Source: an uncultured delta proteobacterium (GTDB lineage: Bacteria; Desulfobacterota; Desulfuromonadia; Geobacterales; DSM-12255). From it: a stretch of DNA of 17,416 bases. This document shows, in pieces, positions 1-8,921 of this stretch. Position numbers and translations under genes: made by a program. The notes under the pieces were generated by a model. It did no database searches. It worked only from the letters and a program-made list of their open reading frames with translations, and had not been told where the DNA came from. The stretch lies in NCBI GenBank assembly GCA_963787125.1, contig CAWBBV010000028.1:1-17416 (forward strand), read 5' to 3'. Numbering within the stretch: position 1 is the first letter of the stretch; every line of letters begins with the position of its first letter.

Positions 1-203
1 GGGGATAATATAAATGCTATCCATACTAATCTAATCTTATAGAATAAGAACATGTTTATGACGTCTGAAGGTATTCTGCACCGGAAGTAATAGCTTTTTT
101 TAACTCTGTAAAGATACATAGTTTTCGACATAGCTTTGCCCTCAATGTGTCATAAGTTGTGGACAACTATGCGAAAAGCAAACGTTTTAGGAGTTGTAAA
201 AGC

Positions 204-240
204 AAAAAGGCCTCTATCTTTGATAAGATAGAGGCCTTTT
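204..240. terminator. Rho-independent terminator downstream of tRNA-Leu, potentially bidirectional
   Basis: Perfect 16-bp inverted repeat AAAAGGCCTCTATCTT (205-220), loop TGAT, AAGATAGAGGCCTTTT (225-240). The A/T tracts give a U-tail in both directions. It begins 9 nt after the tRNA CCA. Confidence 0.9.
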
Positions 241-249
241 ATAATCAAT

Positions 250-334
250 TGGTGCGAGAGAGGAGACTTGAACTCCTATACCTTACGGTGCCAGATCCTA
301 AGTCTGGTGCGTCTGCCAATTCCGCCACTCTCGC
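250..334 (-). tRNA. tRNA-Leu (anticodon TAG), 85 nt, CCA encoded
   Basis: Reverse complement folds as a cloverleaf: acceptor stem GCGAGAG/CTCTCGC plus ACCA, D-arm GCGGAATTGGCAGACGC, anticodon arm CCAGA-CTTAGGA-TCTGG, long variable arm ACC-GTAA-GGT, T-arm AGGAG-TTCAAGT-CTCCT. Confidence 0.98.
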
Positions 335-456
335 ATACTTACTCATTGACACTTCAAAAGAGTCGAGTTCTTTTATATAACATATGAATTCAGCCTGCGG
401 CAAGCACAATTTCATCCTTGATACGATTCTTTTCAATGATCAAGCACCATCACAAT

Positions 457-1488
457 TCAAGCAATATCCTTATACTCGACAACTTCCCCGTTATAAGTCC
501 GCAGTTTGATCACTCCACCAGTCGAAATCTCATGTCCTGGCAGGAGCGGAACTTTTCCCTTTCCTGCCGGCAGGTCAATGACATAGTAAGGAACTGCCAA
601 ACCGGAAAGATGACCACGCAGTGAATCCATTATTTCCAGACCGGTTTTTACTGATGTTCTGAAGTGGGCTGTCCCTTTAACCAGATCCATCTGGTGAAGG
701 TAATACGGTTTGACCCTGATGGCCAGCAAGCCGCGGAACAACTCTTTCATTATAATCGGACTATCATTGACGCCTTTCAAAAGAACAGTCTGGTTTCCAA
801 GAGGAATGCCGGCGTCGGCAAGGATGGCACAGGCCTGGCGGCTGTGGGCGTTGATTTCGAGGGGGTGATTAAAATGGGTATTGATATAAAGCGGCTGATA
901 GCGCCGCAAAAGAGCGGCAAGCTGCACAGTTATCCGCTGCGGGAAGGTTACCGGAATGCGGCTGCCGATACGGATAATCTCGACGTGAGGGATAGCCTTT
1001 AAGGCTGAAAGAATCTCCTCTAACTGTTCGTCTTCAAGCAGAAGCGGATCACCACCTGACAGGATTACGTCACGAATGCCGGGGTTATCAGCTATGTAAC
1101 TGATGGTTGCGCTGAATGAGGAAGTGCCGGTACTGCATCCGACTCTCCTTTTGCGCATGCAGAAACGGCAATAGAGAGCACATTCATTGGCAACAAGCCA
1201 GACAACCCGGTCAGGATAGCGGTGAATCAGCCCCGGGACAGGGCTTAGACCATTTTCATTGAGAGGATCAGCTAATTGACCATCATCACCTAGTTCTCTG
1301 ATGTCTGGAACAGACTGAAGCCAGAGTGGATCGCCCTTCTCTTGTATCAGATTAAAATAGTGCCTAGTAATTCTGAATGGATAGCGCTGTCCGATAAGGG
1401 TTGATTCTGACAGATTCAAGTACAGTTTTTCAGCCAGTTCTTCCTGTGAAACAAGGTTTTCCGCGAGAGTTTGTTTCCAGGTGCTCAT
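457..1488 (-). CDS. KamA-family radical SAM protein (lysine 2,3-aminomutase-like, EpmB/YjeK-sized)
   Basis: 343 aa. Motifs HRYPDRV, CxxxCxxC (CALYCRFC), ILSGGDPL, THFNHP, NQTVLLKGVND, PYYLHQMD, and the PLP-lysine loop DLPAGKGK. Start overlaps the upstream stop (ATGA). Confidence 0.92.
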   Translation of the reverse strand: MSTWKQTLAENLVSQEELAEKLYLNLSESTLIGQRYPFRITRHYFNLIQEKGDPLWLQSVPDIRELGDDGQLADPLNENGLSPVPGLIHRYPDRVVWLVANECALYCRFCMRKRRVGCSTGTSSFSATISYIADNPGIRDVILSGGDPLLLEDEQLEEILSALKAIPHVEIIRIGSRIPVTFPQRITVQLAALLRRYQPLYINTHFNHPLEINAHSRQACAILADAGIPLGNQTVLLKGVNDSPIIMKELFRGLLAIRVKPYYLHQMDLVKGTAHFRTSVKTGLEIMDSLRGHLSGLAVPYYVIDLPAGKGKVPLLPGHEISTGGVIKLRTYNGEVVEYKDIA

Positions 1489-2750
1489 TCAGCAGCCCTG
1501 CCACCGAAGTCTCTCTTCATATAACCACGCCACTCTTCAAACACGCCTTCGGCATCCAGTCCGAAGTCGGCCATGGCCTTTTTCATGGCAACTGCAATTT
1601 TCATCCCTGAGCCGAGATTTTGGAGAATTTCAGTGACTTTCGGCCACCCGTAGGCTGTCACCATGAAGTTTACCAGCGAATAACTCTGCTGATATGAGAG
1701 TGCAGCCTCTTTTGAGCCAAGGCCAGTAAAACCGCCCTCCAGCTTGGCGAATGAAACAAAACTGCCGCTTTTTGCCGCCTTGCCAAGTTCAAGCATGGGG
1801 TGGTTGAAAATTTTGCGACCTTCAAACTCGGCAAGCCCCTCATTCAGCCAGGTTGGACAGTTGCCATGGGTAATTTCCTGCACTACAACATGAGCATACT
1901 CATGGAAAAGCACACTTTTCAACTGGTCGGAGAGCTCCTGTGCCCCCCCGACCGGCAAACGTATCTTGCCGTCATAAAGACCGCCTGACCAGTCGGGCCC
2001 GGCAGTAACACTCTTGTAATCCTTTTTAGTATAAAGAATAACGGTTACGCGCCCAGTCGGAAAAATGGAGAGATCCCTGCCGACATTACTGTAGGCGTCT
2101 TCCAGTGCCGAAAGAATATCACCGGCAAGATGTGACTTCACTTCGGCATCATAGGAGATGACAAACCTGGAACTGTAGCCTCTGTCCATGCTCTTCTCTA
2201 CGCTGAGCTCTCTGGTTATCTTTGCTGACATCTCTCTGGCGGCAGCAAAGTCGTCTTTCAAGGCGACAGCCTTTTCAAGAAGTTCCAGCGCAGCGGCAAG
2301 ACTACCGGCATCATACTGAATCTTGGCAAGGTAATAGAGAATATCAGGAGAGTCGCCACCTATACCCCGTGCGCGCTCCAGCTCGTTCTGGGCGGCATCG
2401 GGATATTTACTGTAATAAAGTGCTATGCCACGCATGACATAGTATCTGGGGATATCAGGAAACAGCTCTCTTGCGCTGTCAAAACTGGCTGCAGCAGCCT
2501 CATACTTGTTTTCACGCATCAGACGCTGCCCTACAAAAGTGTACGCTTCGGCGAGATTCTTTTTGAGGACCTGGTCATAAGGGTACATGCCGTAAGCTTT
2601 CTGCAGCTGCTCCAGAGCTTTGTCATGCTCACCCTTCTCCATCAGATTAATGGCATATTCATTAAGAGCAAACGGTTCATTGGCGTAAACAGGGAATGAA
2701 CTGACCAGCAGAGATAACGAGACGATCAGGAAAGTTCGAACATATTTCAT
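1485..2750 (-). CDS. Exported TPR-repeat protein with C-terminal gluzincin (peptidase MA-like) metallopeptidase domain
   Basis: 421 aa. Signal peptide ending VYA-N, about four TPR-like helical pairs, and HEYAH (283-287) followed by [10 protein letters not shown] (E304). ATGA overlap with the dxs stop. Confidence 0.85.
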   Translation of the reverse strand: MKYVRTFLIVSLSLLVSSFPVYANEPFALNEYAINLMEKGEHDKALEQLQKAYGMYPYDQVLKKNLAEAYTFVGQRLMRENKYEAAAASFDSARELFPDIPRYYVMRGIALYYSKYPDAAQNELERARGIGGDSPDILYYLAKIQYDAGSLAAALELLEKAVALKDDFAAAREMSAKITRELSVEKSMDRGYSSRFVISYDAEVKSHLAGDILSALEDAYSNVGRDLSIFPTGRVTVILYTKKDYKSVTAGPDWSGGLYDGKIRLPVGGAQELSDQLKSVLFHEYAHVVVQEITHGNCPTWLNEGLAEFEGRKIFNHPMLELGKAAKSGSFVSFAKLEGGFTGLGSKEAALSYQQSYSLVNFMVTAYGWPKVTEILQNLGSGMKIAVAMKKAMADFGLDAEGVFEEWRGYMKRDFGGRAAE

Positions 2751-4621
2751 ATAAGTGCCACCCTGATTCTGGCAGCAATAGCGGCAGGGGTAAGTCCGTA
2801 GCGCTCATACAGCTCGGACTGTTCGCCCTGCTCGAGGAAGCTGTCCGGGTAACCTATCCTGGTAACAGCCGCCAGGGATAGGCCTTCCTCTTCAAGAAGC
2901 TCAAGAACAGCACTCCCAAATCCTCCCTGGAGCACGTTCTCTTCGACGGTGAAAATCCTGCAGCTTGCGGCAAGAGTGGTAATGACAGAGCTGTCCAGAG
3001 GCTTAATAAACCTGGCATTAACGACTGTTATCTCAATTCCTTCTGTCGAAAGAATCTCTGCCGCCAAAAAAGAATGATGAACCATGTTTCCGACAGCAAT
3101 GATGGCAATAGCTGAATCTGCCTGACGAACAGTTTCGGCGCAGGCAAAAGGGATAAACGTTGGAAGCTGTTCTAAAGGCACACCCAGGCCGCTGCCACGT
3201 GGGTAACGGATTGCCACTGGTGAATTGTAGTGAATCGCACTGAACAACATGTGCTGCAGTTCATTCTCGTCTTTGGGGGCCATAACCGTCAAGCCTGGAA
3301 TGGTGCGCAGATAAGAGAGATCAAAGACACCATGATGAGTGGGACCGTCACTACCGACGACCCCGGCCCGGTCAACAGCAAAAATGACCGGAAGATTTTG
3401 CAGGCTGACATCGTGAAGCAGTTGGTCGTAGCCTCGTTGCAGAAATGAGGAGTAGATGGCAAATACCGGCCTGAAACCTTCGGCAGCAAGTCCGGCAGCA
3501 AAAGTTACACCATGTTGTTCGGCAATGCCTACATCAAAAAAGCGCTCGGGATACTCCTTTGCAAATCTTGAGAGCCCTGTGCCATCCGGCATGGCAGCGG
3601 TTATGGCCACAATTCGTTCATCGTCAGCGGCCATTTTGCAGAGGGTTTCACCGAAAACTGTCGTATAGGTTGCAGGTGCACCTTTTGGCTTGTGAACTTT
3701 ACCGGTCTGCAGATCAAAGGGCCCGACACCATGAAATACAGAAGGGTTATTTTCAGCGGGTAGATACCCTTTCCCTTTTTTGGTGAGTACATGAATAAGA
3801 ACCGCATCGTCAAAATTGCGTACCTTCTCGAACGTCTCCTGCAACTGCTTTAAGTCATGACCATCGATAGGTCCGATATACTCAAAACCAAACGCCTCAA
3901 AGAGCATTCCCGGGGTAAAGATCCCTTTCAGCGTCTCCTCTGCCCGTTTAGCAACTTTCAGCGCGCTCCTGCCAAAATCATCCAATCCTTCAAGAAAACT
4001 CTCCATATCCTTCTTTATCTTATGGACAAATTCGTTGGTGATTGTCCTGCTGAGGAAATTGGAAAGTGCGCCGACATTCTCGGCAATTGACATCTCATTG
4101 TCGTTCAGCACAACAATCAGGTCTTTATTAAGATGGCCCGCATGATTGAGACCTTCAAAAGCAAGCCCACCGGTCATGGAACCGTCGCCGATAACTGCGA
4201 TCACCTTGTTCCCGGCACCTTTCAGATCACGACCGACTGCCATGCCAAGGGCTGCGGATATGGATGTTGACGAATGCCCGACATCAAAGGCGTCATGTGC
4301 GGATTCTGCCCTTTTCGGAAAACCGCTGAGCCCGTCAAGTTTGCGCAAAGTGGGAAAAAGTTCACGGCGGCCGGTTATTATCTTGTGAGCATACGCCTGA
4401 TGCCCCACATCCCAGATAATCCGGTCTGTCGGCGAATTGAAAACCTTGTGGAGGGCCAGGGTCAACTCTACCACACCGAGGCTTGGTGCCAGGTGACCGC
4501 CATTTGCGGCGCAGGTAGAGATTATCAGGTCGCGGATCTCAGTTGCAAGTTGCTCTAATTGATACAGAGAGAGGGGGGACAGATCGTCAGGAGAATTTAT
4601 GGAATCAATTAGCCTGGTCAT
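2747..4621 (-). CDS. dxs: 1-deoxy-D-xylulose-5-phosphate synthase
   Basis: 624 aa. Motifs [27 protein letters not shown] motif GDGSMTGG...[37 protein letters not shown]. Confidence 0.98.
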   Translation of the reverse strand: MTRLIDSINSPDDLSPLSLYQLEQLATEIRDLIISTCAANGGHLAPSLGVVELTLALHKVFNSPTDRIIWDVGHQAYAHKIITGRRELFPTLRKLDGLSGFPKRAESAHDAFDVGHSSTSISAALGMAVGRDLKGAGNKVIAVIGDGSMTGGLAFEGLNHAGHLNKDLIVVLNDNEMSIAENVGALSNFLSRTITNEFVHKIKKDMESFLEGLDDFGRSALKVAKRAEETLKGIFTPGMLFEAFGFEYIGPIDGHDLKQLQETFEKVRNFDDAVLIHVLTKKGKGYLPAENNPSVFHGVGPFDLQTGKVHKPKGAPATYTTVFGETLCKMAADDERIVAITAAMPDGTGLSRFAKEYPERFFDVGIAEQHGVTFAAGLAAEGFRPVFAIYSSFLQRGYDQLLHDVSLQNLPVIFAVDRAGVVGSDGPTHHGVFDLSYLRTIPGLTVMAPKDENELQHMLFSAIHYNSPVAIRYPRGSGLGVPLEQLPTFIPFACAETVRQADSAIAIIAVGNMVHHSFLAAEILSTEGIEITVVNARFIKPLDSSVITTLAASCRIFTVEENVLQGGFGSAVLELLEEEGLSLAAVTRIGYPDSFLEQGEQSELYERYGLTPAAIAARIRVALI

Positions 4622-4624
4622 CAG

Positions 4625-5524
4625 TTATGACTTTCTGGCAATAACATATTTTGCAATCTCCCGTAAAGGTTCAGCTTTATCGTCAAAACTCTCAATAGCA
4701 TCAAGTGCAATCTCTAAAAGTTCGGCAGCACGCACCCGGGATTCTTTAAGACCGATGACTGACGGATAAGTCGCTTTCCCGCGAGCGTTATCACTCCCGG
4801 CATCCTTGCCGATCTCCTCGGTAGTCCCTTCAATATCGAGGATGTCGTCCGCTATCTGGAAAGCAAGACCAATCGCCTCACCATACCTTATTAACGCTAA
4901 AATCTGCCCTTCATCAGCACCACCAAGGATGCCACCGCTTTTTACGGCTGCCTGAATCAGTGCGCCGGTCTTGTGAATATGAATAAACTGCACGGTCGGC
5001 AGGTCAAGATCTTTTTTCCCCTCTGACTCCATGTCAACCACCTGACCACCAACCATCCCTCTGGAACCGGCAGCGGAAGCGATTTCGTGAATTACGGTGA
5101 GAATCCGCTCTGCGGGAACAGTGGCCGCAAAGAAAGGCGAACTGAGCAGCGTGAATGCCTGTGTCAGCAAAGCATCTCCGGCAAGTATCGCTATAGCCTC
5201 ACCAAAAACCTTGTGATTGGTAGGTTTTCCGCGTCTGAAATCGTCATTGTCCATAGCCGGCAGGTCATCATGGATAAGAGAGTAAGTATGGATCATCTCC
5301 ATTGCACAGGCTGCCGGCAGTGCTGCCGAGATATCACCGCCAACAGCTTCACAGGCAGCAAGGAGAAGAATCGGCCTGACTCTCTTTCCACCGGCAAAAG
5401 TAGAATAACGCATCGACTTATGCAGGGAATCTGGGAAGTCAGTCTCAGTCGGCATGGCCATTTTCAGCTTATTATCAACCAGTTCGCCGTATTCTTTTAT
5501 GTATTGCTTTATGTCAATAGGCAT
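4625..5524 (-). CDS. ispA: Farnesyl/geranylgeranyl diphosphate synthase (polyprenyl synthetase)
   Basis: 299 aa. GGKRVRP, first Asp-rich motif SLIHDDLPAMDNDDFRRG, KTGAL, second motif FQIADDILD. Sits in the classical xseB-ispA-dxs order. Confidence 0.95.
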   Translation of the reverse strand: MPIDIKQYIKEYGELVDNKLKMAMPTETDFPDSLHKSMRYSTFAGGKRVRPILLLAACEAVGGDISAALPAACAMEMIHTYSLIHDDLPAMDNDDFRRGKPTNHKVFGEAIAILAGDALLTQAFTLLSSPFFAATVPAERILTVIHEIASAAGSRGMVGGQVVDMESEGKKDLDLPTVQFIHIHKTGALIQAAVKSGGILGGADEGQILALIRYGEAIGLAFQIADDILDIEGTTEEIGKDAGSDNARGKATYPSVIGLKESRVRAAELLEIALDAIESFDDKAEPLREIAKYVIARKS

Positions 5525-5533
5525 AAGTACCTC

Positions 5534-5767
5534 TTAGTTGGAATCGTCCGCCTGAAACTCTTCTCTGTAGAAACTGCCATCTTTCTGCTTCAGGAGCAGT
5601 TCCACCCGCTTCTGTGCATCATTAAGTTTGCGGGAGCAGATTGCTGCATGCTTAACCCCCTCTTCAAAAATCTTGAGCGAATCATCCAGAGTAAGTTCTC
5701 CGCTCTCAAGACGATTGACGGCATCTTCGAGTTTTTTCAGCGATTGTTCAAATTTTTCAGCGGCCAT
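5534..5767 (-). CDS. xseB: Exodeoxyribonuclease VII small subunit
   Basis: 77 aa. FEQSLKKLEDAVNRLESGELTLDDSLKIFEEG signature, GGAG Shine-Dalgarno, located between xseA and ispA. Confidence 0.96.
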   Translation of the reverse strand: MAAEKFEQSLKKLEDAVNRLESGELTLDDSLKIFEEGVKHAAICSRKLNDAQKRVELLLKQKDGSFYREEFQADDSN

Positions 5768-5799
5768 AAGAACTCCATCTAAAAATAGTAAGCAAAAGT

Positions 5800-5828
5800 A
5801 TTCTAATTCCCTGAAAATTCTGAGTCAA
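5800..5828 (-). promoter_or_regulatory. Putative sigma70 promoter for xseB-ispA-dxs, embedded in the xseA 3' end
   Basis: TTGACT (5828-5823), 17-nt spacer, TAGAAT (5805-5800). Each box matches consensus 5/6. The -10 box ends 32 nt upstream of the xseB ATG. Confidence 0.7.
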
Positions 5829-7173
5829 GGTTATAAGGGTAAATCCGGCTGACTTCACAATCGGCTCTGCCGTCTGCAAAGATAACATCTATCTGCTCAC
5901 CTTGGCTGAGCTGCCTTACCCCTTTAATACTCGTTCCGGAAAGCGGTTTGCGCACGGCAGCAAAGCCTCTCTGCAGGATCGACAACGGTGAAAGCCCGTC
6001 CAGCCTGCCTGAAGCGGTTGCTAAGGAGGAGCGGGACAGTTCAAGTCCTGAGCGTATCGCCGAAGCCGAGCGGATGGAAAAGTGCTCCAATAAGGAATGC
6101 ATACCCTTTATGCGGAGAGTTGGAGAATTGAATCTGAGCGAGTTTTGCGCTGTTTCTACTCTTTGCCTGCCACAATTCAAAACTTCTTCGACACACGACT
6201 GCGAACGCAGTTGCAGATCATCAAGTCTTTGCATGAACCGCTCTATAATGATGGCCGGATCCTTGAGTGACAGTTTCAGAATTTCCAGTTGCGCTGTCGA
6301 GGCTGCCAAAGAGCGCTGAATTGCCTGGGCAAGCCGACGCTCAAGGGAGCTGCAGTCGGCAAGCATCTGTGCTTTTGAGTTTACCACGAGTTCTGCGGCA
6401 GCTGAAGGGGTAGGAGCGCGGAGATCGGCGACAAGATCAGCTATTGTGACATCGACTTCATGACCGACAGCTGAGATAACCGGCAGTCTGGAGGCCGCAA
6501 TTGCCCTGGCGACAATCTCTTCGTTAAATGCCCAGAGATCTTCGATGGAGCCGCCACCACGGGCAACGATAATAACATCCGTGCCGGGATAGCTGTTGAG
6601 ATCGGCTATAGCAGCGGCGATTTCGACAGCAGCCCCATCACCTTGCACCCTGACCGGTGCTATGAGAATCCGGATATTTGCATGGCGTCTGCCGATTACA
6701 TTCAGGATGTCATGAATTGCCGCTCCGGTAGGAGAGGTAACGATACCGACAGTTGCCGGCAACGGCGGAATCTCCTTTTTGCGGGATGCGTCAAATAGAC
6801 CCTCTTTTGCCAGTCGATCCCTGACCTGCTGAAAAGCCAGCTGCAGCGCGCCAAACCCGAGCGGTTCGGCATATTCGGCAACCAGCTGGTAATCGCCCCG
6901 CTGGTCGTAAACGGTCATTCTGGCGCGCAGCAGGATTTTCATACCGTCATTAAGGCGAAACTTCATGGCCCTGGCAGAGCTCTTGAACATCACGCAGCGA
7001 ATGGTTGCCCCGGCATCCTTGAGGGTGAAATAGATGTGCCCCGAAGAAGGGAGTGACAGATTGGAAACCTCACCTTCGACCCAGAGATGTTCAAAGTTCT
7101 CTTCCAGGAGATCCCGGACAAGAGCCGTCAGCTGGGAAACCGTAACTATTTTTCGTTCAGTAAAAAGATTCAT
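5803..7173 (-). CDS. xseA: Exodeoxyribonuclease VII large subunit
   Basis: About 456 aa (ATG 7173; an in-frame GTG is at 7176). OB-fold WVEGEVSN...SGHIYFTLKD, VTSPTGAAIHD, ARGGGSIEDLWAFNEE, SAVGHEVD, RAPTPSAAAE, coiled coil, LSPLSILQRGF. Confidence 0.97.
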   Translation of the reverse strand: MNLFTERKIVTVSQLTALVRDLLEENFEHLWVEGEVSNLSLPSSGHIYFTLKDAGATIRCVMFKSSARAMKFRLNDGMKILLRARMTVYDQRGDYQLVAEYAEPLGFGALQLAFQQVRDRLAKEGLFDASRKKEIPPLPATVGIVTSPTGAAIHDILNVIGRRHANIRILIAPVRVQGDGAAVEIAAAIADLNSYPGTDVIIVARGGGSIEDLWAFNEEIVARAIAASRLPVISAVGHEVDVTIADLVADLRAPTPSAAAELVVNSKAQMLADCSSLERRLAQAIQRSLAASTAQLEILKLSLKDPAIIIERFMQRLDDLQLRSQSCVEEVLNCGRQRVETAQNSLRFNSPTLRIKGMHSLLEHFSIRSASAIRSGLELSRSSLATASGRLDGLSPLSILQRGFAAVRKPLSGTSIKGVRQLSQGEQIDVIFADGRADCEVSRIYPYNLDSEFSGN

Positions 7174-7286
7174 CACCCTTGAATAAGCCGAATCTCTGGA
7201 TTTTTGTCAAGCCTTGAATCCAACTTTTATTCCATATTGGCAGCTGGCAATGTATACTGCGTGAAAATTCAGCTACGGAGTTCATG

Positions 7287-8159
7287 ATGCGTTTCTCCTC
7301 ACTTTACATCGTCGGCTGCGGCGACATCGGCACCAGGGTTGCCAGGCTGGCTGCCGCAAGGCAGCTCAAGGTTTACGCTCTTTCGCGCGGCATCAAGTTC
7401 CCCCATGATTCTGTTGTTTCAGGAGTTGAGTTCAAGTTCTGCGACCTGGACGATGCAGAGAGTCTTTCTAAGCTTGATTTTACCGGAGCTGCCCTCCTCT
7501 ATGCCGCCCCGCCGCCGGGCGGAGGAGTTACTGACACCAGAGTCAGCAGTTTTCTCGCAGCGATAAAACAGGGGTGCGAACCGTTAAAAATAGTCTACCT
7601 CAGCACAACAAGCGTTTACGGAGATTGTGGCGATGAACTGATTTCAGAAGAGCGACCGGTTAATCCGGCTAATCATACCGCCCGGAGACGCTGCGACGCA
7701 GAGAACTGTTTCAGTACGTGGGGACAAGAGCGGGGGGTTCCGGTTATCGTCCTGCGGGTAAGCGGCATCTACGGGGCAGGGAGAATTCCGATGCAGCGGA
7801 TTCTTTCGCAAGAACCGCTCCTGGATGAGCAAGAGGTCGGTTTTACCAACAGGATTCATAGCGACGATCTGGCAACAGTTTGCCTGGCGGCGCTGGATAA
7901 GGGTGAGGGCGGTGAGATATTCAATGTCTGCGATGGCGAGATCAGCAAGATGACCGACTACTTTAATGCCATCACCGACCAGCTGAACCTTCCCCGCCTC
8001 CCCCAGGTTTCACGGGAGGAGGCAAGAAAGGTAATGTCACCGCTGATGTTCAGCTACATGACTGAATCAAGACAGGTAAGCAACCGGAAGATGCTTGAAA
8101 AACTGGGAATATCGCTGAAATACCCGACACTTTCGGAAGGTCTCAAAGCTTCACTTTGA
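7287..8159 (+). CDS. NAD-dependent epimerase/dehydratase (atypical SDR, YeeZ-like)
   Basis: Rossmann motif IVGCGDIG, YLSTTSVYGD, LRVSGIYG, NRIHSDDL, FNVCD, KYPT. GGAG at 7277-7280 favours the second ATG (7287) over 7284. The 3' end overlaps the convergent rlmB by 9 bp. Confidence 0.85.
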   Translation: MRFSSLYIVGCGDIGTRVARLAAARQLKVYALSRGIKFPHDSVVSGVEFKFCDLDDAESLSKLDFTGAALLYAAPPPGGGVTDTRVSSFLAAIKQGCEPLKIVYLSTTSVYGDCGDELISEERPVNPANHTARRRCDAENCFSTWGQERGVPVIVLRVSGIYGAGRIPMQRILSQEPLLDEQEVGFTNRIHSDDLATVCLAALDKGEGGEIFNVCDGEISKMTDYFNAITDQLNLPRLPQVSREEARKVMSPLMFSYMTESRQVSNRKMLEKLGISLKYPTLSEGLKASL

Positions 8160-8891
8160 CAGCCGCTGCCGCACCGCTTCAAACATGGCAATCCCGCCGG
8201 CTACAGACGCATTCAGTGAACCGACCCCCCCTGAAAGCGGGATTGAGAAGATAACGTCGCACTTCTTCCGGACCAGCGGCCTGATCCCCTCCCCTTCACC
8301 GCCGATCACCAGCGCAACATTGCCGGTCAGTTTCTGCTGGTACAGCGACGTATTGCTCTTCTCATCAGCGCCGTAAATCCAGAAACCTGCATCTTTGAGC
8401 TGATCAAGGGTGACCGCAATATTGGTCACCTGGGCAATCGGGATGGTCTCGGCGGCGCCAGCCGCAACCTTTTCCGCGGTTGCCGTTACCCCGGCAGCCC
8501 TGTCTCTGGGGATAATGACACACTCTGCCCCGGCAGAAGCGGCACTACGGATGAGTGCACCGAGATTGTGCGGATCCTGAATGCCGTCCAGAATGACAAC
8601 AATGGCATCGCCCCCCTTTGCCTTCCACTTATCAAGAATATCGTCCAATTCAGCATAGGAGAACGACTCGATCCGCAGGGCTACCCCTTGGTGGTGGTCA
8701 GTTCCGGCGAGGCGGGTTACGTCAACCTTGCTTCGACGCCGTACCGGAATGTTTTTCTCGCCCGCCAGGTCACTCAGTTTGCCGACCCGCTGGTCGGAAC
8801 TGCCGTCGGCAATAAAGAGCTCGAAAATTTTCCTTGTGCCGCGCAGCGCTTCTTTAACCGGGTTTAGACCGCAAATTATCTCTTCACTCAT
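8151..8891 (-). CDS. rlmB: 23S rRNA (guanosine-2251-2'-O)-methyltransferase, SpoU/TrmH family
   Basis: 246 aa. GLNPVKEAL, HQGV, LDGIQDPHNLGALIRSA, GGEGEGIR, SLNASVA SPOUT motifs. Confidence 0.93.
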   Translation of the reverse strand: MSEEIICGLNPVKEALRGTRKIFELFIADGSSDQRVGKLSDLAGEKNIPVRRRSKVDVTRLAGTDHHQGVALRIESFSYAELDDILDKWKAKGGDAIVVILDGIQDPHNLGALIRSAASAGAECVIIPRDRAAGVTATAEKVAAGAAETIPIAQVTNIAVTLDQLKDAGFWIYGADEKSNTSLYQQKLTGNVALVIGGEGEGIRPLVRKKCDVIFSIPLSGGVGSLNASVAGGIAMFEAVRQRLSK

Positions 8892-8921
8892 TAGTTCACC
8901 GCCATTAGTTCACCGCCATTA
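8889..8921. repeat. 14-bp tandem duplication (CATTAGTTCACCGC x2 plus CATTA) at the pyrF/rlmB junction
   Basis: Exact copies at 8889-8902 and 8903-8916, with a partial copy at 8917-8921. Confidence 0.95.

Noticed and set aside
145..172. Possible dif site (ATGTGTCATAA resembles a XerC arm)
   Set aside because: No TTATGTTAAAT-like XerD arm follows the 6-bp spacer.
1..260. Integrative element at the tRNA-Leu 3' end
   Set aside because: The tRNA is followed directly by its terminator. I saw no integrase and no duplicate of the tRNA 3' end in the window.
159..436. ORFs 159..380 (+) and 245..436 (-)
   Set aside because: They are translations across the tRNA-Leu gene and its terminator.
5087..5782. 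231-aa plus-strand ORF
   Set aside because: Antisense shadow of ispA and xseB with no recognisable motifs.
7173..7210. Leaderless sigma70 promoter for xseA (perfect TTGACA at 7210-7205)
   Set aside because: No convincing -10 box at 16-18 nt spacing; the best is TATTCA at 19 nt. Too weak to call.
7245..7260. Sigma54-like TGGCA...TGC upstream of the SDR gene
   Set aside because: GG and GC are 11 nt apart rather than the required 10.
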